Positions 6,045-15,768 of a stretch of DNA of 38,080 nt are shown here, in pieces. The stretch lies in the IMG/VR virus record IMGVR_UViG_3300020020_000100, positions 1 to 38,080 of that record; one strand, given 5' to 3'. A program made the position numbers and the translations under genes. This stretch comes from a virus (lineage: Duplodnaviria > Caudoviricetes). The notes beneath the pieces were generated by a model. The model did not search any database. It worked only from the letters and a program-made list of their open reading frames with translations, and was not told the DNA's origin. Positions within the stretch are counted from its first letter, which is position 1; every line of letters starts with the position of its first letter.

Positions 6045-6476
6045 TCAATCGCCGACAGTGGAGGCGAAGCCCCACGCGGTGACTGTGTTGTGCAGCCCGC
6101 CGGGCCCGGACGCAGGGCAGGTGATGGTGACAGGCGTATTCACATCGGTGGCAGGCAGCGGCGGAATGAAGGTCAGCACGAGCGGCTGGTTGATCTTCGT
6201 CGGGCCTTCCTCGAAGCCATAGATGAACGTTCTCGGCCCGCTCTCGAGGCCGGTAATCCTCACCTCGACCACATTGGCGACGTCGGCCCCGGAGCCGGTC
6301 ACGATCACGCCGCACAGATAGACTGCGGTATCGTCGTCGCCGTTCAGAGTCACCTTGGCCTCGCTGTCGGCCTCGTTCTGTGATGACATGCCGAGCGGCC
6401 GCACACCGAGATAGGGCTGCGCCAGAGTCGTTTTGCCGACCGTGATTTGTCCGGCTTCGGTGGGTGCGGTTGCCAT
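6045..6476 (-). CDS. Hypothetical beta-rich protein (possible virion protein)
   Basis: SD AAGGAG; 143 aa, rich in T/G/V. Confidence 0.65.
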   Translation of the reverse strand: MATAPTEAGQITVGKTTLAQPYLGVRPLGMSSQNEADSEAKVTLNGDDDTAVYLCGVIVTGSGADVANVVEVRITGLESGPRTFIYGFEEGPTKINQPLVLTFIPPLPATDVNTPVTITCPASGPGGLHNTVTAWGFASTVGD

Positions 6477-6488
6477 GTGAAATCTCCT

Positions 6489-7178
6489 TTAGACGATCTG
6501 GACGTCGTCGAGCAAAGTTGCGACGTGGAGGCGAAGCAGATTACCGCAGGCGGTGGCCCCGTAGATAGCCGGGTCCCAGGCAAGCCGCGTGAAATCCCAT
6601 TTGCCAGACTGGTCGATGTCGAGGTTGGCCTCAACCTCGGCATGGCTCAGGACGGTCTCGGGCGACACGTCGATCTGGTAAAAGGCGCATAGCTGCGCAA
6701 TGCCGCGGCACATGCCGTCCCACTGCGCGCGGGTCATCGGATAGGAGCCCGCATAGAACGGATTTTCCACCGCCCCGGCCATGCAGGCGACACTGACGCC
6801 GATCGACCCCGTGTTGCAATTTTTTGTGTGAGCCGCATAGACGCCGTCGGCGCTGCTTTCGTTGGCTGTGACCTTGTGGTCGCCCCGCACCGCATCGCCG
6901 TCGCCGCTCCAGACAAAATGATAGTGCTCCTTGTCGGTGCTCGACACGTTGTAGGAGCCGGCGGTCCAGTGGGCGATGATCCGCACCATCTTGTCCGAGG
7001 GCGGCAGCCAGTCCATCGGCAGTTCGTGCGGATAGGGATCGGGCGGCGCGGCCGCATCATACAGCGAGGCGAGCGAAGCCTCGAGCGTCTTCGGCCCGAA
7101 GTCGCCGTCAGCCGCGACGTTGAAGCCCGCCTTGTTGAGGGCGTGCTGCCATTCCTTGACCTGTGGGTCGTTAGCCAT
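6489..7178 (-). CDS. Endolysin: peptidoglycan-binding domain plus N-acetylmuramoyl-L-alanine amidase (Amidase_2)
   Basis: VKEWQHALNKAG...ADGDFGPKT (PG binding); IIAHWTA, HYHF, AHTKNCNTGSIGV, VLSHAEV, GKWD (zinc amidase). Confidence 0.9.
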   Translation of the reverse strand: MANDPQVKEWQHALNKAGFNVAADGDFGPKTLEASLASLYDAAAPPDPYPHELPMDWLPPSDKMVRIIAHWTAGSYNVSSTDKEHYHFVWSGDGDAVRGDHKVTANESSADGVYAAHTKNCNTGSIGVSVACMAGAVENPFYAGSYPMTRAQWDGMCRGIAQLCAFYQIDVSPETVLSHAEVEANLDIDQSGKWDFTRLAWDPAIYGATACGNLLRLHVATLLDDVQIV

Positions 7179-7374
7179 GGGGCGCCACGTCGCTGTGCTT
7201 GCCGTTGGTCTTGTGCGGCTGCTTGATGTCCGGCTCCGCCGGCTGCTTGTCCAGTTCGGCGGCTGCGGCGTCCTCCTGAAACTCGGCGATCTGCGCCTTG
7301 AGCATCAGGATTTGCACCTGAAGGTCGCCGATGAACAGGCGGAGGTCGCGTTCGATGCGGTCTTGTGCGGTCAT
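7171..7374 (-). CDS. Small coiled-coil protein following the tail fibre
   Basis: ATGA coupling to the fibre gene; IGDLQVQILMLKAQIAE. Confidence 0.65.
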   Translation of the reverse strand: MTAQDRIERDLRLFIGDLQVQILMLKAQIAEFQEDAAAAELDKQPAEPDIKQPHKTNGKHSDVAPHG

Positions 7375-9326
7375 GAGAAGAAGCCCATTGCTTTGAGGTC
7401 GGTAATCATGGCCATGACGACGCCGGCCAATTCTCCAGTCGTAACAGTACTGGTGGCGTAGGTCGTGCGCTTAATGGAGCCGGTCGGCACGGCGAGGGCG
7501 CCGCGCGCCGCGCCGGTCTCGCCAAACACGCCAAGCGTGGTGGTTGTCACCCGAAGCGAGCCAATGAAAGAGCCTGTGCCGTTAGGGCGCAGGTAGACGG
7601 TTCCGCCGGTTCCCGACGCCAGGGTCGTATCGCCGGTCGGTGTCTGGAAATAGCCGGTGCCGGAAATGACGTTGCCGGTAATCGACAGGGTGCCAGTCGC
7701 ACCCAGCGTCATCTCGCCGGCAGTGGAGCCGCTGGCCACGGGACGGAAGGTCATCAGTGTGCCGGAGGCGTCGTTGCCCCAGATGGAAGACGTCGCGCCG
7801 GAAATGAAGGAATTGGAGGAAATGAGGTAGCCGGACCCGCCGGAAATGGTGCCGGCTACGGTGAGATTTCCAGCCGACGACAGCGTCATCATGCCCGTCG
7901 ACGAGCCGGGCCCCTGGGGGCGGAAGTTGATCGTCCCAGTCGCCGAAGTGCTGAGGTTGAGCGTGGCGACTAAACTGGAGAAAATGCCGTTGCCGCTATA
8001 CGTGCCGGCATCCGACTGCACGTTGCCGGACGCGTTGACGATAAACTCTCCGACTGCCGAAAGACTGCCGTTAGGGCGTAGCTTGATGGTTCCGGCCCCG
8101 TTGGTGGACAGGTAGGCGTTGGTGGTCAGGCTGCCAAAAACGCCGGACCCAGACACCACGTTGGCGTCCGCCTGGACGTTGCCGGATGGATTGACGACGA
8201 ACTGCCCGGCGGTGGACCCGATGCCGTTTGGCCTGAGCGTAATCGTTCCCGCGCCGGTCGTGGCGAGACGGGCTCCAGCGACCGAGGAAATGAGGTCGCT
8301 CTGGAACGTCAACGGGCTATACAGTATCGACATGGTGGGACCGAGCAGAAGCGCTGCGGTCGGCGACCCGGCGGTCATGGTGCGGAAGACCAGCGAACCA
8401 TCCTCGCTGCCTCCCGTAACATCGGTAATGACAGCATAAATCGAGGCGTACAGGGTCGAATTGTTGCCGTTGTTGCGGCCATAGAAGCGAATGTCGGTCA
8501 GCCAGTCGCCGTCCGCCGGGCTCAGGCTGTTCCGCATAAAGTTAAGGTTCGGCCCGGAATCCAGCGAGGCGTCGGTGCTGGCCAGTGTCAGGTCGCCATT
8601 GACGGTCGGGGATGAATTGAAGATCGGCGCGACGTTGAATGTGGCCGCCCCGCTGAATGTTGCATCACCGAGCACGCCGAGATTGTGGTGAACGGTGGTA
8701 TGGCCGTTGGCGAGCGTCAGGGTCGGCGTCAGCACAGCGGTGCCGACCGCCCCGTTCATGGTCACGAACTTAAGCGAACCGCCCTCCTGGTTGTTGACGG
8801 GGTCCGTTATGCCGGCCTGGATGTAGGCATAGGTGGTGACTCCCGTCGGGCCAGTGCTGTTGCGGCCGCGAAAGCCGACGAAGCCGAGCAAATCCTCTTC
8901 CGCTGGCGTTGAGCTGATCCGATCAAGGATAAACTGCGGGTCAGCTGCGGCGCCGCCGTCCGTACTGACCAACTTGAACTGCTGATCCGTCATCGTCGCC
9001 AACGATGCCTTGAGCGCCGAGACCAGCCAGCGCTTGTTCTTGCCGGCATCGGGCGCCACGCTGTCGATAATAACGACGCTGTCGGTATCGACCACGGTTG
9101 CCTTGGTGGCCGCCGTGGCAAGGTCCGTCGCGCCGATCGCGCCCAGATTGAGGCGCGCCTGTGTGGCCGTCGTCGCCCCGGTGCCGCCCGCCGTGATCGG
9201 GCGCGGGTTGTTGGCGTCGAGCACCCAGTCCTGTTGCTGGGCGTTGTAGGGGGCCGACTGGATGGTGGTGTTGGGAACGGCGAGCGTCCCCGACAGCAAC
9301 TGCATGACTCCGCCAACTCTGGGCAT
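7371..9326 (-). CDS. Tail fibre protein
   Basis: N-terminus MPR...AVPNTTIQSAPYN...RPITAGGTGATTATQARLNLG is typical of alphaproteobacterial podophage fibres; G/T/S-rich internal repeats. Confidence 0.8.
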   Translation of the reverse strand: MPRVGGVMQLLSGTLAVPNTTIQSAPYNAQQQDWVLDANNPRPITAGGTGATTATQARLNLGAIGATDLATAATKATVVDTDSVVIIDSVAPDAGKNKRWLVSALKASLATMTDQQFKLVSTDGGAAADPQFILDRISSTPAEEDLLGFVGFRGRNSTGPTGVTTYAYIQAGITDPVNNQEGGSLKFVTMNGAVGTAVLTPTLTLANGHTTVHHNLGVLGDATFSGAATFNVAPIFNSSPTVNGDLTLASTDASLDSGPNLNFMRNSLSPADGDWLTDIRFYGRNNGNNSTLYASIYAVITDVTGGSEDGSLVFRTMTAGSPTAALLLGPTMSILYSPLTFQSDLISSVAGARLATTGAGTITLRPNGIGSTAGQFVVNPSGNVQADANVVSGSGVFGSLTTNAYLSTNGAGTIKLRPNGSLSAVGEFIVNASGNVQSDAGTYSGNGIFSSLVATLNLSTSATGTINFRPQGPGSSTGMMTLSSAGNLTVAGTISGGSGYLISSNSFISGATSSIWGNDASGTLMTFRPVASGSTAGEMTLGATGTLSITGNVISGTGYFQTPTGDTTLASGTGGTVYLRPNGTGSFIGSLRVTTTTLGVFGETGAARGALAVPTGSIKRTTYATSTVTTGELAGVVMAMITDLKAMGFFS

Positions 9327-9332
9327 TGAAGA

Positions 9333-11063
9333 TTACCTTTCCGCTGGCTGGTTGTATTGTTGGTTCATGCCGCTCATGAGGGCGCGGCGCACCGCATCCT
9401 GCTTGGATTTGGCCATTTTCTGGATCGCGTTTTCGATCTGCGGAGCAGGCACGCCGCCGCGCGCCACCGTGTCCAGGAACTCGTTGACGCTCTTCTTGGC
9501 GAGGTGCTCGCCGTACTTGCCGGCGGCATAGCCACCGACTCCAGCCGCCGCCTGCAACCCCAGACCAGGAAGGCCGAGGAAGAAAGCATTTGGCCCGAGT
9601 GCTGCCACACCAGCCATGGCATTGAGTTTTCCACCTGCGAATGGGTTCAGGGCGCTCAGATTGTGCATGACACGTTGAGGCCCCGTGTATGCCGCCGCCT
9701 TAGCCGCCGCCGCCTTTTCCACAGCGGTATAGCCGCGGCCCCAGTTCAGGAACGGGTCATTGATCTTGGCAAGTTGCTTCTTGGCGGACCTTACCGTTGT
9801 GTCTGTGATGTTGCTTTCGGACTGTCCTGTCGCCCTCTTGAGAAGTTTCTGGGCCGTATCCAGCTTGAAGCCGCGATGAGCAACCTCGCGCGCCGCCTTC
9901 AGCGCCTTGGCGCCAACTTCAGTATCAACCCCGGCTATAAAGTTGGGGTCCGCGCCCTCGATCAAATCATCGATATGCTTGACGAGTTCGGAAACAGCCG
10001 TGTTGTTGGTCTTCGCGTTAGGAGCCATCGCCCCCTGGTAGGCATTGCCCGCCATTTTGCGTATCTCATCCAGCCCTTTCAGTGTGAGATTTTGGCCCTG
10101 CCTCTCCCTGATTTTCCGCAAGACTGCTGCCGCACCTGTTTGCAGTTCGGAATCGTATTGCGTAAAAGTTGCCTCTGCATCATCAAGGATCTTCTTCATG
10201 CCCTCTGGCTTGATGATGACGCCGGCCTTCTCTGCAATGTCATACAAGCCCTTTTTGACAGAGTTGATCTTCTGGAGCGTGGGCGCCACCTCTTTGGGAT
10301 TGAACATCCCCGCGACCTTGCTGACGCCGCCCGTGACAAGATCGGCAACCGGCTTGGCCGCAGCCCCGAAAAGGCCACCGTACAGGGCGCCCTGCCCCAT
10401 GTCCTGGCCTTCACCGTGCGCCGTGGCGGCTCCCTGCGCGGCTCCCTCGCCCACTGCAAGGCCCGTCCGCAGCGCATAATCAACGGCCTTTCTCGCCTTT
10501 GAGGCATTGGGCGCCACAGTTGTGAGTGCGTTAATCACATTGGGCGAAACCACGCCTTTGGCGAGACCTTTGGCGACCGTGCCAACGCCCTTGGCCGCAG
10601 CACCGCCGGTGCCGATCGAGCCGAGGATTTCCGCCCCCGTTCCAGCCCAGCCCTGACGCGCGCGGGCGTCCTCTGTCTGCCGGTTGAGCGTGGCCAGTTC
10701 CTTTTCGTAGTCGGTGCCGAGGAATTTCGAGCGCGCGCCCGCAGCCAATTCATCGAGGTTGCCGAATGTGGCGCCGTTAGCAATCAGGCCGGGGAGATCC
10801 ACCAGCGTCGTTGCCGCCCGCTTCCAGCCCGGCATCGCGTCGTATTCATTGACGGCGCGCTGGTTGGCGGCGCCCGGTGCGGCGGCGGCCATCCCGGCCT
10901 TGGGGTCTTGCGTCATTGCCGACAGTTGGCTGAGGTTGCTCTGCATCTGCGGCGAAGGAGCCGGTCCCGTGTGCGCGGCCAGAGCGCTTTCCATCTCCTC
11001 CTGCGGAGTGCCGTCAGGGAAGTTGACTACAGAACCGTCCGGAAGGTTGACTTGAATAGTCAT
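9333..11063 (-). CDS. Internal virion/DNA ejection protein
   Basis: VNLPDGSVVNFPDGTP N-terminus, ANGATFGNLDELAAG, Ala/Gly-rich helical sequence; position in the ejection cluster. Confidence 0.7.
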   Translation of the reverse strand: MTIQVNLPDGSVVNFPDGTPQEEMESALAAHTGPAPSPQMQSNLSQLSAMTQDPKAGMAAAAPGAANQRAVNEYDAMPGWKRAATTLVDLPGLIANGATFGNLDELAAGARSKFLGTDYEKELATLNRQTEDARARQGWAGTGAEILGSIGTGGAAAKGVGTVAKGLAKGVVSPNVINALTTVAPNASKARKAVDYALRTGLAVGEGAAQGAATAHGEGQDMGQGALYGGLFGAAAKPVADLVTGGVSKVAGMFNPKEVAPTLQKINSVKKGLYDIAEKAGVIIKPEGMKKILDDAEATFTQYDSELQTGAAAVLRKIRERQGQNLTLKGLDEIRKMAGNAYQGAMAPNAKTNNTAVSELVKHIDDLIEGADPNFIAGVDTEVGAKALKAAREVAHRGFKLDTAQKLLKRATGQSESNITDTTVRSAKKQLAKINDPFLNWGRGYTAVEKAAAAKAAAYTGPQRVMHNLSALNPFAGGKLNAMAGVAALGPNAFFLGLPGLGLQAAAGVGGYAAGKYGEHLAKKSVNEFLDTVARGGVPAPQIENAIQKMAKSKQDAVRRALMSGMNQQYNQPAER

Positions 11064-13681
11064 TGACGTAGCACCATCCCTTTTCCCGGAACGTAATCGA
11101 ACACTTGTCCGGTGCTGCCGCCGCCTGCCGGTGCTGCGGGCTGCTTCTCTGCACGCCTTTGCAGGGCCGCGATATCGTTCTCTTTCTGTCTTAGGAATGC
11201 CTCAAGAGCGGCATGTTTTTTGGACGGCGCCACGTCTGCATCGCCGAGCGTAGCCTGCAAGCGCAAGCCTTCAGCGTCCGTAAACTGAGTGCCGAATGTC
11301 TCCTTCAAGAGCGGCAGGATTTGGTTGCTGACCATGACGTTATACTTGCTGCGCGCCACCGAGGCTTCGCGCGGCTCCGCGCCCGTTTGCTCCCTGATAG
11401 TATCCCATAGCTGTCCGGCTTGCGTGTAGGTCGCTGCATCCGCAAGTTTTCCCAACTCGTCAACAGTCTCACGAACGCCCGGCATTTTGCTGGTGATGCT
11501 GTCGAGTTCGGAAGCGACGGTCGCCTCCGTCTTGCCTTCCTCCGTGCCCGCAGCAGTTGCCGCAGCCGCCTCACGGTTCTGGATTGGCGTGCGCGAAATC
11601 ACATTGCCAGCCTGATCAACAAGGATTTCCTCAGTCTTGGTGGTTATGACCTCGGTCGGTGGAGCGACGGTCGTCCCTTCAGGTAACTGGATCTCCTTGA
11701 ACGTCCCCTTGTTGCCGTAAATGCCGTAGGCGGTTTTGCCGCCCGGTTTGTTGATGAGGATCGGATTGCCGAAAAAGGTTTCCTCCCCGCCCGGTTCCTC
11801 TGCGGTATCGCGTTTCAGTTTGTCGATCTGAGCGCGCGTTAGCTCCTGACCGAGTAGTGCTTCGGGAGTGTTCGCCTTGCGGCGCTCGTCCTCAAGCGCA
11901 TATTCGCGGGTCAGCATCGCCGTCGCCATGCGCTTTTGCTCGTCGGAAGCGTACGGGCTGGCAAGAATGGTCATCAGCTTGCCGATCTTATCCTGCGGGC
12001 CACCGCCGCCTCGCTGGCCTGGTGCTGCCGGGGCCGGAGGAAATTGACCGCCACCGCCGCCGACCTGCCGATTGGCGCCGCCACCGCCGGCCTGGGCCTG
12101 TTGAGGCACACCGAAACCAGCGGCAGCGGGCGTTCCCGGCGCGGGAGGAGCCGCCGGAAAGACGTTGGCCCCGAAGGGCTTCAGTTGCTGCGCTGCCAAC
12201 AGGCCACGCGCATTTTCAGCCGGTGTCGATTGGGTGACATTGCCCGGTTTGAACTGCGCTGCCTTGTCGCCGAGGATCATATCGGTGAAGGGGTCCACCT
12301 GCTGCCGGGCAACAGGAATGGGAGGCTGCGCGGGGGTCGGAGCGAACTGCTGCTGCGGCGCTGTCTCAGTGCCAGCCATGGATTGACCAGTATTGACCGG
12401 AATCCAGTCCTGCGGCGCATTGGGGTCGCCTATGCCACCGCCGACCTGCGCATATTGGTACGTCTTGCCGTCCTGGCCCCGTGCGATCGCGCCGGGACGC
12501 GCGCCAGGCGGCAGCCCATGCCCTGCTGTTGTGGGTGGCGCCGTGCCGAGTCGGGGCCCAGTAGGGTCGGGGCCGACCGGCGGGCGCATGGACTGCGGCG
12601 CTCCCATAGCCTGCGGATTGAACAGCGGCGACGGAACAGGAGGCGTTGGCTGTCGTGGAGGGGCTGGCATTGGCTGGGGTGGCATAGGCAGCCCAGGACC
12701 CACCGGCTGCGGCATCGGACCATCCATGCCAGGAACCAGCGGCAGCGGATACCTGCCCATCGGCTTCGGATTGAACAGCGCCGCGGCAATCGGGGATGGC
12801 GGGGAAGCGCCACCCGCACCTCCACCGTCATCCACCCTAACGCCGCCCATCATGGCAGGCGTCATGCGCCTGCGGTCATCCAAGGGGCTAGGCGCTGCCG
12901 GCGGAGGAGTCTGGATCTCAGGAGCAAAGCGGGCCGGATTGGGTTGCGCCTGCAGGAACGAGTCCCCCGCACCGCCGCCCGCCTGTGCGTTGGAGCCGCC
13001 GCCGCCCAAACTATTCATAAAGCGTCGGCCATAGTCGCCCACTGACGTGCCGAGAACGTCCTTGCGTCCCGGCTTGTTGACTCCGCCGGGACCGCCAAGC
13101 CACGCCCGCGCCGCCCCCTCCGGGCCGTATTGCTTCACATAGGAGCCGAACTTGGCATCAAAGATCGCATCTTGGATTCCCTCATCGGCAAGGAACTCCT
13201 CCGGCGAAACCTCGCGACCCAGAGCCTCACGGCTCCACGGGCCGATATTGCTTTCCATGATCTGATATTTGCCGAGTGCGCGACCCATCTTCGGATGACG
13301 CGGGCCGATTGCCCTATAGTTGCCGCTGCTCTCGAGCCCCGCGATCCCCGACCGATAATCATCGTTTCCAACACCGCCTGCCAGCGCGTCCGAACCGCCC
13401 TCAGTGGAAATGTCGCCGACGCCACCGCCACCCCCGCCGAACATATCCCACAGTTTGCTCTGCTCGCCGGTCAGGAACTCCTGGCCCTCGCCAATGCGGC
13501 CCTTTTCCACCCGCGCGGAAATGCCCTTGCCGAGGTCCGCCAGCACGCTGCCCCAGCCCTCGTATTTGCTTTGGCCAATGTCGCCAAGCAGCGCCTTCAC
13601 CTGCTCGCGGGCGCGGTCGAGCTCCTCCTGCGTTTTGTATTTCGTACCCGCGCCGAAGATGAAGGACGGTATGCTTGCCAT
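11060..13681 (-). CDS. Ejection protein with lysozyme-like/lytic transglycosylase domain
   Basis: IAGLESSGNY...ALGKYQIM...AARAWLGG (approx. aa 110-220), a long Pro-rich linker and a helical C-terminus. Confidence 0.75.
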   Translation of the reverse strand: MASIPSFIFGAGTKYKTQEELDRAREQVKALLGDIGQSKYEGWGSVLADLGKGISARVEKGRIGEGQEFLTGEQSKLWDMFGGGGGGVGDISTEGGSDALAGGVGNDDYRSGIAGLESSGNYRAIGPRHPKMGRALGKYQIMESNIGPWSREALGREVSPEEFLADEGIQDAIFDAKFGSYVKQYGPEGAARAWLGGPGGVNKPGRKDVLGTSVGDYGRRFMNSLGGGGSNAQAGGGAGDSFLQAQPNPARFAPEIQTPPPAAPSPLDDRRRMTPAMMGGVRVDDGGGAGGASPPSPIAAALFNPKPMGRYPLPLVPGMDGPMPQPVGPGLPMPPQPMPAPPRQPTPPVPSPLFNPQAMGAPQSMRPPVGPDPTGPRLGTAPPTTAGHGLPPGARPGAIARGQDGKTYQYAQVGGGIGDPNAPQDWIPVNTGQSMAGTETAPQQQFAPTPAQPPIPVARQQVDPFTDMILGDKAAQFKPGNVTQSTPAENARGLLAAQQLKPFGANVFPAAPPAPGTPAAAGFGVPQQAQAGGGGANRQVGGGGGQFPPAPAAPGQRGGGGPQDKIGKLMTILASPYASDEQKRMATAMLTREYALEDERRKANTPEALLGQELTRAQIDKLKRDTAEEPGGEETFFGNPILINKPGGKTAYGIYGNKGTFKEIQLPEGTTVAPPTEVITTKTEEILVDQAGNVISRTPIQNREAAAATAAGTEEGKTEATVASELDSITSKMPGVRETVDELGKLADAATYTQAGQLWDTIREQTGAEPREASVARSKYNVMVSNQILPLLKETFGTQFTDAEGLRLQATLGDADVAPSKKHAALEAFLRQKENDIAALQRRAEKQPAAPAGGGSTGQVFDYVPGKGMVLRQ

Positions 13682-13699
13682 GACGGTCGTTCCCTCAAA

Positions 13700-14134
13700 T
13701 CAGCGGTGACCGCCCGGCGGCACGCGATTGTTGAAGTTGTAGAGGCGGGCCGCCGCCTCTGGATTGAGATTCCTTCCGGGGCCGCCGAAGAACGCCGCGC
13801 TGCTCAGTTCCTGCATTGACGGAGCGCCAACCGCCCCTGCAGCGGCCGCAGGAGCAGGGGCCGGGCCGACCGGCGGCGGCACATAGTTAAAGCCGGGAGC
13901 GCCCTGTAGGGAGGCGTTGGCTTGCGCCATCTGCTGCCCCTGCGTCTGACCGCCGCCAAACATCCCGCCGGCCATTTCCGGCGCGGCAGCCCCCTGATTG
14001 CCCCAGCGCAGCATCGGATTGGCCATGATGCCAGCCCCGAGACTCTGCCCGAGGCCCGACCAGCCGGAACCGCCGCCGCCCGCGAGAGCCTGCGCGATCT
14101 GCGCGCGCTTTTGTGCCCATGAGGGTGTCGGCAT
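13700..14134 (-). CDS. Small Gly/Ala/Gln-rich putative ejection protein
   Basis: TGATG coupling; low-complexity composition matching neighbours. Confidence 0.6.
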   Translation of the reverse strand: MPTPSWAQKRAQIAQALAGGGGSGWSGLGQSLGAGIMANPMLRWGNQGAAAPEMAGGMFGGGQTQGQQMAQANASLQGAPGFNYVPPPVGPAPAPAAAAGAVGAPSMQELSSAAFFGGPGRNLNPEAAARLYNFNNRVPPGGHR

Positions 14135-15759
14135 CAGGTTTGTCCTTCCATGAACAGTTTGCCGTAATCGACCATCAGCATGCCGTCAGCGCGCCGCAGA
14201 ACGGCATCAGGACGCGTTTGCATGACTTCCTGCGCCATCACACCGACATGACGCCCGACGCCGTCTGCGGGGTCTCTGTAGTCGAACTCGTAGACGGTGT
14301 GGCCGTGCGCTATGCCGACCGGAACGATGTTTTCCTTCAGGCGGATATCCGAGGCGGCGATGATCGAGGAGAACAGGCTGCCGGCGCCGCCGATCAGGCT
14401 GTTGCTGTTGGCCGACGCTGCGTTGTAGCCGGTCATCTTGTTGTCAAAGTTGTTCTGATACAGACCGGCCCAGTCGATATTCGGCAGCGACGGCATGTTG
14501 GCCCCGGCATAGTTCGGCTGCTGAACCTGGCCGCCCGACATCAGCGCGGTGATTTCGTTGATCGGCTGAGAACGCGCCTGGTAGAGTTCCTCCAGCGCGT
14601 TGCCGCGTTCGGTGTTCTGTAGGCCGAACAACGACGATTGCGCATTGAACCCCTGGTCCTGCAGCGTGTTGTTGCCCGCCGTTTGCCGATAGGCATTGTC
14701 GGCCATCTGCTGGGTGTTGGAATTGAACAGCCCGGCCCGGCCCATCAGTTCGTCGTACCGCTGCCTCGTCGCGTCGTTGCTGAACGCCGCACTCGCCGCA
14801 TTCTGTCCAAAGCGCTGCGCCTGCGCATCGTTGGCGAATGTGCCGCGCGACAGGTCCTGGCCGAAGTTCTGCGCCTGCCCCGCCTGACCGAACAGCCCGC
14901 GCTGGTATTGCTGCCCAAAATCCTGTGCATTCGCCGCATTGTGGAAATTGCCAGCCCCCAGCGCCATGTCGAACATCCGCTGTTGCTCGGTGCCGGCATT
15001 CAGGATCGCGCCAAACCGCGCATCGTTGGCCTGCCGACTCGCCTGATCGGCCGCCCGGTTATAGGCTTCCGAACCCGGCTGCAGGCCCTGATTGACCAGT
15101 TGCTGCTCGAGCGTTTTGCGACTCTGCGCCAGTTGCGGATTCATCCGCGCCATCAGCGCAGCCTGGTATTTGTCTCTGTCCTTGCTGAAATCGTTGGCGC
15201 CCGGAACGTCGTATTGAATCTTGCTGCCGGTCTGCCCGAACGTCGTGGCGGCTCTGGTGTTGTTGTTGATCTTGCCCTGAATGTCGCCCGCATTGGCAAT
15301 GTTCTGGGTGATCGGACCGCTGTTGCCGATCGAGGTCTGCAGCTTCGGACCCGCCCCGAACTCCGTGTATTTCGGCAGGTTGATGTTGGCCGTACTGCCC
15401 GCCTTCGGCAGGTTGGAATAATCGATCGGCTTCGAAATGACGTTGCCGACCTGGTCGATCATCGTGCCGGCCAGCGCATTGGCGCCGAGCCGGTTGGCCG
15501 AGCCGGAGTTGTAAATGGCCTGTTCCTGCGGCGAATAGCTCTGGTAGGTCGAATAAGTCGGGACGCTGATGGTCTTGCCTTGGTTTTCATCCCAGATTTG
15601 CTGGGTGCCCGTCTGCTTACGGATGACATTGCCCTGCGGCGTGTATTCGTTGATGTTCTGCAGCGCGGCGTTGGCCGCCGCCGTGGTGACATTGCCGGAC
15701 GTCTGGGCGGCTCCCTGCTTTTGAGGGTCGGGGGCGGCGGGCATGTCAGGCGCACACAT
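14134..15759 (-). CDS. Virion/ejection protein with C-terminal peptidase S74-like intramolecular chaperone domain
   Basis: Q/N/A-rich body; C-terminal SDIRLKENI...VYEFDY...GVMAQEV...PDAV...VDYGKL. Confidence 0.8.
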   Translation of the reverse strand: MCAPDMPAAPDPQKQGAAQTSGNVTTAAANAALQNINEYTPQGNVIRKQTGTQQIWDENQGKTISVPTYSTYQSYSPQEQAIYNSGSANRLGANALAGTMIDQVGNVISKPIDYSNLPKAGSTANINLPKYTEFGAGPKLQTSIGNSGPITQNIANAGDIQGKINNNTRAATTFGQTGSKIQYDVPGANDFSKDRDKYQAALMARMNPQLAQSRKTLEQQLVNQGLQPGSEAYNRAADQASRQANDARFGAILNAGTEQQRMFDMALGAGNFHNAANAQDFGQQYQRGLFGQAGQAQNFGQDLSRGTFANDAQAQRFGQNAASAAFSNDATRQRYDELMGRAGLFNSNTQQMADNAYRQTAGNNTLQDQGFNAQSSLFGLQNTERGNALEELYQARSQPINEITALMSGGQVQQPNYAGANMPSLPNIDWAGLYQNNFDNKMTGYNAASANSNSLIGGAGSLFSSIIAASDIRLKENIVPVGIAHGHTVYEFDYRDPADGVGRHVGVMAQEVMQTRPDAVLRRADGMLMVDYGKLFMEGQT

Positions 15760-15768
15760 AGGTCTCTC

